Positions 56,426-64,000 of a stretch of 64,000 nucleotides of DNA are shown one piece after another; positions within the stretch are counted from its first letter, which is position 1; every line of letters begins with the position of its first letter. The stretch is taken from contig CAXHJY010000725.1 in the NCBI GenBank assembly GCA_964016885.1, positions 62,001 through 126,000 of the forward strand. Reading direction: 5' to 3'. This stretch comes from Eledone cirrhosa. Its lineage: Eukaryota. The notes below the pieces were generated by a model. It worked only from the letters and a program-made list of their open reading frames with translations, was not told the DNA's origin and made no database searches. A program made the position numbers and the translations under genes.

Positions 56426-57107
56426 TAATTAGAGGGATTAGGATAATGGGATATATATAGACCCCGATTTAACATTTTTACATATAATAAAAATACATTT
56501 AGATTTGATGCAAGTATTTTAAGGTTTGATCATATTACAGCAACCTCTGTATTAGTATAAGGACACTCTATTTCAGTGTTATTACTCATCGACAGTGTTA
56601 TTATTATCGTGGTGAAAGTAGCTTAATTACGCCACGATACCGACGTATGAAAGACACGGAATTCTTTTAGATTTTATAAATAGACTATTCTTTTTGTAAG
56701 CTTATTTACATATCACGCAAGCTTGGCTTGACTAGTATTAATTAACGGTAGAACTCAGCGTGATAGCTTTTTTTTAAATATTCTGAATCACGCTGTGTTA
56801 GTGCTCGCATTAATTAATATTAGCGGCTTCATCAATTGACAAATAATGTAGGCGACTATTTAGCCATGTCAACATAGGCAGCTTAGGCATGTACACATGG
56901 CATATTGTTCTATATATTCTCCGATTTCTCAAGAAAACTGCATCGTATCGCATCAAAGTGCCTGCTCTGTTTGGGGTAAGTGAATAATAATTATCTCTGT
57001 TACTTTATAATTATTAAACCATCTGATAGCAACCTGCTTGAAACTAGCTCTGCTTTTATGAATGTATGTATAGTATATTTGGCAATATACTGTATGTTTA
57101 ATTAAAT

Positions 57108-57141
<34 letters not shown>

Positions 57142-57792
57142 GTTCATGTTTATATTAAAATCTTCCATCATAATTTTATTTAAGAAATGTTTTCTTAAGT
57201 AATGTTTCAAACATCAGCTTACTAATGGAAAGATTAGTTATTTCGTTAAATACTTCAAATTTTCATAATTAATTGATACACATATTTAGTGTATTCCAGT
57301 AGAAATATAGTAACAAAAGGATAACGAGTAGTGACCCTTGGCTGCTAGAAATCGCTGTAGAGCAGAGGTTCACCAGGGGGCATTGAGAGGGTCCAAGATG
57401 CACTGGGGCCTAAGGAGGCGGTAACGATTATATAATTATATCGATAGTCGATCAACAAGATCCCAGACCTCATTCACTTAAGGAGTGGAGCTTGTCAAAT
57501 CGGTCAAAGGAAATAATGTTTCCATTGGTCTTTCCAATTGCTAATATTATCTCGGTCACAACTCCAGATAGAAGGAGCCACAAGAAATAAAGTGTCTTGC
57601 TCAAGATATAATTCATCGCCCGGTCTGGAAATCGAAATCCAAACCTCATGATTGCGAATCCAATTCTCTAACCACCCAGCCATGCGCCTTCACATAATAG
57701 TATAGTAAGTATCAAATGTTACATATTATATATAAATTTAGTAAGATTTAGAAAAAAAAAATCATTTATACATAGTATATATTATAATATTA

Positions 57793-58532
57793 ATAATTGT
57801 TTCTACTTTTGGCACAAGGCCATAAATTACCCAGTACATTACTGGTACTTTATTTTATCGACCCCGTAAGGATTAAAGGCAAAGTTAACCTCGACGGGAT
57901 TTGAACTCAGACCGTAAAGGATCGTAACTCTATGCCTCAAAGTATGTCGTCCGACCCTCCACCGATACTGCCAATCCACTGCCCTTATTAATAATTGTTT
58001 CTACTTTTGGTACAAGGCCAGCAAATACCTAGTGCATTACTGGTACTTTATTTTATCGACCCCCGTAATGATGAAAGGCAAAGTAAACCTCAGCGAGGGA
58101 CGTAACTATGCTAGAAAGCATGGCGTCCAACCCTCTACCGATACTGCTATAATAATGATATCATTAATGTTATTATTGGGTAGAAACTTTACAAGAGGGT
58201 TTAAAGTTCGATGCAATGGGGTTCACGCTTAGCTGATATATAATGTTTATAAAAGGTACCAAGGAATATATAATGTTTATAAAAGGTACCAAGGAATCAA
58301 TACATTTTAAAACTAATACATGTTTCAACCACTGTGTATTTGCTGGCATTAGCGTACATCTGTACGCATATGTTAGTAGATATACTAAATTCTCTATCTA
58401 TATATATATATATCTATATATATATATAATTGTTTCTACTTTAGGCACAAGGCCAGCAATTACCCAGTGCATTACTGGTACTTTATTTTATCGGCCCCGT
58501 AAGGATGAAAGGCAAAGTCAATCTCGGCGGGA
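57793..58532 (-). mobile_element. Cluster of three Nin/Deu-like SINE copies
   Basis: Reverse complement of the same consensus. Confidence 0.85.
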
Positions 58533-59655
58533 TCTATATATATATATATGAAGGAGGTGAGTTTTATTGTAGTACAATAAAGCAATGCAGATATCGGATA
58601 AGAAGCACTCTACAGTTTGTAGGACTGGAGTATACTTAATATATAAGATCAAAAGATGGTTAAAAGAGTTCCATGTATTTTATTATGCGCATTTCAAAAA
58701 CAAATAGCATCATGCAATAACATTTGTGTTTTCATCAGATAAAATAGGAAGACATGATATGAAGGTTAAAAAACACTTGTGGATAGTGCAGTTTTAAATC
58801 AACATATGAAAAGTAGTTTTAGATTGATGTGTGATATTGCAGAAATTTTTTTTGAGGGGGGGGGGGTGTGGAAAGGATGAAAAAGAGGAGGAGATGAGAG
58901 TAAAAAGTGGAGGGGGAGGAGTATAATGAGGAAGGATGAGATAGGAGGAGAGATGGGTGATAGAGAGAGAGAGATAGCTTTTATAACTGAGAAAAGTATA
59001 TTGTTTTACATAGAGAGGTTGAAAAACCGTTGGAAGATAATGTATAAATTAAAAAAATTTGAAAATTAACGAAGAGAAAAATAATGTAAACTTCAGGTTT
59101 GTATATTGAAGGGTTTAATAATATGTGCGATGAAAAGAAATTGTTAATATGTATTAAGAATAATATTTAAGGGTTTAATAATATGTGAGATGGAAAGAAA
59201 ATGTTGATATGTATTATTAAAAATAGCAAAGGTAATGTAAGGATATATTGTGAAAAAAAATAGAAGATAGGATGAAACATGAAAGTGAGAAAAAAATAAT
59301 GAATTGAGGATGAATAATTTAACGTCAAAAAAATGTTTATGTTTACGAAGGATTTTTTCAAGGTGATATAAAGTAAGAATATATTGTATTGTGTAATAAT
59401 TGTTTCTATGTTAGGCACAGTGAGAAAAGGTACAGATTAGGGGTTAGAAATTAAAAGAAAAAGAAAAGAAAAGGAAAAGGAAGAAAGGGAAGTGATAAAT
59501 AGGAGTGATATAGAATGAGTAACAAGTATTATATAATGTATAATAAATAACTTTGAAATAAGGTAGAAAGATGGGTATATTTTTAAAGAAGTATATATAT
59601 ATATATATATATGTGCCTTTGAGAAAAGGATTCTGAATTGCTAAAGTTTAGGATA

Positions 59656-62054
59656 TTAGCTGTATACTTTATGGAATGTTCTGTGGAATTTATGCAAGCA
59701 GAGAGAAAACAAGTCAGTGCGTCTATTTATTATAGAATCTAAATTAGATATAATGGTAAATTTTTCATTTAGACAGAGATTGCAAGTCTTGGATAGAGAA
59801 CTGTTCAAGTATGAAGCAGCAGAAGAAACCTTTTTCCAAGAGATGTTATATTTAATATTTTTGTCTTTCAAGGACCATATGAGTTCTGAGAGAGCCGTGT
59901 TGGTTCTTTTAAGTTGGTATTTAAAAGACGAATGATGATTATAAAGACGAGCTTTAAATGAGGTGGAAGTGGAGCCAAAATAGGTGAAGGAATTGGTATC
60001 GTTATAACTTTACATTCGTAGATTAAGTTTTTATCAAGACAATGGTTGTTGAGAGGACATTTATTTTTAGCAGGGCAATTGCAATTGCGATTAGAGAGAT
60101 TATTAACGAGTGACCTAGTGTTATCTATAGAAGGAATTGGATTGGAGAAGTTATTTGCGATAGGAATAATAGTTTCATGATTTAGAATGGGATTAAGAAC
60201 ATTTAGCGAAGTTGTGTTTGACGTTGTATTTGGGTTTGCAGAAATTAGCCTAGAGTTTACAATGACGTCGGGAGTGCTATTACTAGTATTATGATATTCA
60301 GTGTTGGAAGGAAGAGATTTAGTATTTAGTATTTTATTGTTGTGTTTAGAGATAATGTTGGAAATGTTGGAGGATGTCGAATAGGAAAATGTTATAGTGT
60401 GTTTGTTAAATATTTTACTATAGATATGTGAGGGAGGGAAGCATTTATTTAAGGCACTAAAGAATAATTTAGGAATATTATTATTAATAGAGATGGAGAA
60501 AGGAGCATTATACCAGATTATGTTTTTGTATCTAGGTCTTTTATTAAAGTTATTGGAATGATCATGATTAATTATTCTACTGTAAGTTCTTCTAGAATTT
60601 GTTTCTTTATTATATTTGATTTTATCAGGATAGCCGGCTTTAGAAAGCGCGTTATTATAGTAATTGGCGTTAGCATCAAAGATGTTTTTATTAGAAGATA
60701 GGTTAAATATTCTTTTTCCAATATTACTAACTATAGCATTCTTAATATTAGTAGGGTGGTTAGATTTAAAATTAACATAATTTAGGTTCTCATTGTTTTT
60801 ATGGTAAGGGTAATATAGGCCAGTGTCAAGATTAAGAGATACATCCAAGAAATTAGCTAGTTTGATGCTGTTATCAAATTCAATTTTTAGGTTATGTTGG
60901 ATAAAGAGATTACGTATATTGTTCTTAATAATATTAAGGTTAACTATGTTGCAATTTAAGATAGTAAAGAGTACATCGTCACGATAAATTCCACCGCGAA
61001 GTTGAGGAATTTTCCGACTCAAACAGTTCAAAATAAAGATACCAATTAAATCTGTCAATTGGGATGAATCGGATGCTCCCATTGTGATGTCGAAGTTGTT
61101 AGAGGTATCAGCTCTGGTCCAATATTCATTGTTGAACTCAAGGATGGTTTTACGTGCGGTGAGAATGATGTGAAGTTCATCTGTGGTGATGTCAGAATAT
61201 TTAAATGCGAAAGATAGAGCATTGTTGAGAAGTGAAAGCGAAATAGAAGAATAGTAGCTGGCAATATCAAATTGAACAAATTTTAGTTTGTTTTTATTAT
61301 TCAATTTGTTGAACCAGCCAATCACTTCAGAAGTACCAAACCATAAATTTAAGTTCAAAGAAGAGCAATTAGAACGAACCTGTGGGATAATTCTATCCAA
61401 GATGGCTTTACTAACAACCCCCAGATCTGATTTAGAGGGGGCTATTAATCTAACAGGTAGTTCAGTGCGAAAATTGTTTTTGTGATCCTTGAGATTTATC
61501 CTCGGAGTTCTTGGGAGGAATGGTTCGGTCTTTTTTCCGATGCCAAGTTTTGACATAATCTCAGAGGCTTCAAAGTTTATGGATTCTAAATTATCATGGT
61601 TGGTTTTACGATATTTTTTCCTAAGTTCCTTTATGATAAGGTTGTTATAATTATCCTTGGAAATACCATATAAATTATTGGTTTTGTCAGAGTGGACTAA
61701 AACATTTTTTGAGGAATTTAGGTTTGAAATTGTGTTCTTGAGATTTACAAGGTGCTCTTGTCTTTTGTAAGGGTATCTCTTGAATTTAAGATTTTTTATA
61801 ATATTTGTTAACTCTTCCTCGAATTGCACTAGATTTTTGTTGGAAGGAGGATTTCTTCTAGAATTAAATAGATGATCGAGGAAGTTATGTTTCTTGGTAT
61901 AGAAGTTCCCTTTTAGGCACTGGTCATAGAAATAAGCTATCCATCTAAGTCTTCTTACAAAGGAGTCAGTTTTTTCAATTAGAAGTTTGGTGAATTCAGA
62001 TTTACCAGGTATAGGAATGTCTTTAGTTGAATTGGTTATGTTGTAATAATCCAT
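59656..62054 (-). CDS. Penelope-like element polyprotein (RT + C-terminal GIY-YIG endonuclease), one frameshift near 60001
   Basis: The 728-aa ORF has PLE RT motifs FVQFDIASYYSSI, FDITMGASDS, GIYRDD and FLDVSLNL, then CNCPAKNKCPLNNHCL and NLIYECKV. A shifted frame continues TYFGSTSTSFKARLYNH...CNLCLNEK...CLH to the stop at 59656. Confidence 0.93.
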
Positions 62055-62778
62055 GTTGTAGAAGAAAAAGGTAAAGGACTATCAAAAGGTATATAATATG
62101 AGAGTTAGCGCTCAACAGTTAAGGAGCAAGTTAATGTAGGAGGTGAGTTTTATTGTAGTACAATAAAGCAATGCAGATATCGGATAAGAAGCACTCTACA
62201 GTTTGTAGGACTGGAGTATACATAATATATAAGATCAAAAGATGGTTAAAAGAGTTCCATGTATTTTATTATGCGCATTTCAAAAACAAATATCATCATG
62301 CAATAACATTTGTGTTTTCATCAGATAAAATAGGAAGACTCCATCGCACATATTATTAAACCCTTAAATATTATTCTTAATACATATTAACAATTTCTTT
62401 TCATCGCACATATTATTAAACCTTTCAATATACAAACTTTAACTTTACATTATTTTTCTCTTCGTTAATTTTCAAATTCTTTTAATTTATACATTATCTT
62501 CCAACGGTTTTTCAACCTCTGTATGTAAAACAATATACTTTTCTCAGTTATAAAAGCTATCTCTCTCTCTCTATCACCCATCTCTCCTCCTATCTCATCC
62601 TTCCTCATTATACTCCTCCCCCTCCACTCTTTACTCTCATCTCCTCCTCTTTTCATCCCCCCCCCCCTCAACATTTTTTTCTCCCTAATATCTCACATCA
62701 ATCTAAAACTATTTTTGATATGTTGATTTAAAACTGCACTATCCACAAGTGTTTTTTAACCTTCATATCATGTCTTCC

Positions 62779-62849
62779 TATTTTATCTGATGAAAAGACA
62801 AATGTTATTGCATGATGCTATTTGTTTTTGAAATGCGCATAATAAAATA
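62779..62849 (+). ncRNA. Type I hammerhead ribozyme in PLE pLTR (copies on - strand at about 58676-58746 and 62262-62332)
   Basis: TATTTTAT-CTGATGA-[stem II ACAAAT/ATTTGT]-GAAA-TGCGCA-TA-ATAAAATA: 8-bp stem I, palindromic stem III, AUA triplet. Confidence 0.85.
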
Positions 62850-62879
62850 CATGGAACTCTTTTAACCATCTTTTGTTCT

Positions 62880-62927
<48 letters not shown>

Positions 62928-62928
62928 G

Positions 62929-62993
<65 letters not shown>

Positions 62994-63063
62994 ATATATT
63001 TATATATTTGTATATACTCTTTTACTCTTTTACCTGTTTCAGCCATCCGGCTGAGGCCATTTG

Positions 63064-63160
<97 letters not shown>

Positions 63161-63347
63161 AATAACTAACAAAAGTTTACATGCCAACACAAGAGCAAGA
63201 ATGAGGGGCTCATTCCATTGACATGGCTTAAAAAAGAGGGTTGTTGGCATAATTGCAAACGAATCGAATATTATTACTATTAATATTTGAAAAACACAGA
63301 TTACACACATATATGTAATATATATATGTATATATATATATATAAGT

Positions 63348-63560
63348 GAAGGCGTGTGGCTGAGTGGTTAGAGAATTGGATTTGCAATCGTGAGGTTGTG
63401 AGTTCGATTCCCGGACCGGGCGGTGCGTTATGTCCTTGAACAAGACACTTTATTTCACGTTGCTCCTTCTACCTGGAGTTGCGACCGATAGACAGTATAA
63501 GCAATTGGAAGGACCAATGGAAACATTGTTTCCTCGGTCCGATTTGACGAAAGTCGATCG
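63348..63560 (+). mobile_element. tRNA-derived CORE-like SINE (copies 24927, 43583, 57448(-), 18690-19048(-), 23195(-), 43085, 53290(-))
   Basis: A box TGGCTGAGTGG, B box GAGTTCGATTCC, CORE-like TGTCCTTGAGCAAGACACTTTA. Confidence 0.82.
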
Positions 63561-63593
63561 TTCCTTTTATAGATATCTTCTCGATCCACATAC

Positions 63594-63735
63594 CAAAACA
63601 AAAAATATATCTTTTGTCGCATCACCAGTCTGAGAAGCAGATCGATATTGGAGTCGGGTCTGGGTCCATAACTTTTATGGTCCCCTTGAGCCAATGCTCT
63701 GCGAAACGCGCGTAACAGGTCGATACGCAATAAAT
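63594..63735 (-). pseudogene. Tudor-core-like exon candidate with apparent 2-nt deletion
   Basis: TCYARFAEHWLKGTIKVMDPDPTPISICFSD, then a shift to GDATKD, resembles C.A.F...W.R..I..V...V.F.DYG; TTG|GTATGT donor. Confidence 0.42.
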
Positions 63736-64000
63736 AATTTTTATATGTAATCGAAACTTCCTCGTTTTTCTACTACTACTAATACTACTACCACACACTC
63801 ATATATATATATGTATATATATATATAAATATATATGTATATAAGACCTGCCAACCTCTAAAAACCCAAACGAGGAGTACCATGAAAAAAAGTGCCCCAA
63901 AATGGGGAGATTTTACATAACATAATGAAAGCTATATTCATTTTCACAAGAAAAAACATCGTCCCTGTCGGACGGGTAGAGTTGACAGGTCTGATATATG

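Larger units (their letters stand above)
58552..62880 (-). mobile_element. Near-complete Penelope-like retroelement (possibly Nematis-type) with direct pLTRs and an inverted 3' copy
   Basis: Direct repeats 58552-58753 and 62138-62339 flank the ORF. 62341-62880 is an inverted copy of about 58645-59195. (TA)n lies at both ends. Confidence 0.92.

Noticed and set aside
56560-56610. Hammerhead-like CGATGAG...GAAAT on the - strand
   Set aside because: The core is degenerate and stem II is unconvincing; a short local duplication explains it.
59990-60015. Programmed -1 ribosomal frameshift in the PLE ORF
   Set aside because: No X-XXY-YYZ slippery heptamer is present and PLEs use a single ORF; a 1-bp deletion or sequencing error is simpler.
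63351-63420. tRNA gene
   Set aside because: The cloverleaf is imperfect and continues into a multi-copy CORE-like body, so it is a SINE head.

Overview
AT-rich, microsatellite-saturated animal DNA. The SINE families and (TA)n/(CA)n/(GA)n density suggest a mollusc, probably an octopod cephalopod (inference). No intact host CDS is evident, and most supplied ORFs are microsatellite artefacts. Penelope-like retroelements (PLEs) dominate: one nearly intact RT+GIY-YIG element (58.5-62.9 kb, single frameshift), several decayed copies and many pLTR relics in (TA)n tracts, often as fold-back palindromes. I can read about 30 type-I hammerhead ribozyme (HHR) motifs by eye. The most striking signal is two otherwise dissimilar HHR families whose stem II is expanded to about 80-115 nt. 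These arms show compensatory pairing, share a U-ANUU/UAG-A internal loop and contain a GT..AG intron-like segment. Also present: a 5'-inverted RTE LINE, CRE-like relics, Helitrons, hAT MITEs (one with a hairpin-opening footprint), tRNA-derived SINEs, and collinear minus-strand exon-like fragments resembling a decayed extended-Tudor gene. All calls are by eye; no searches or folding programs were run.
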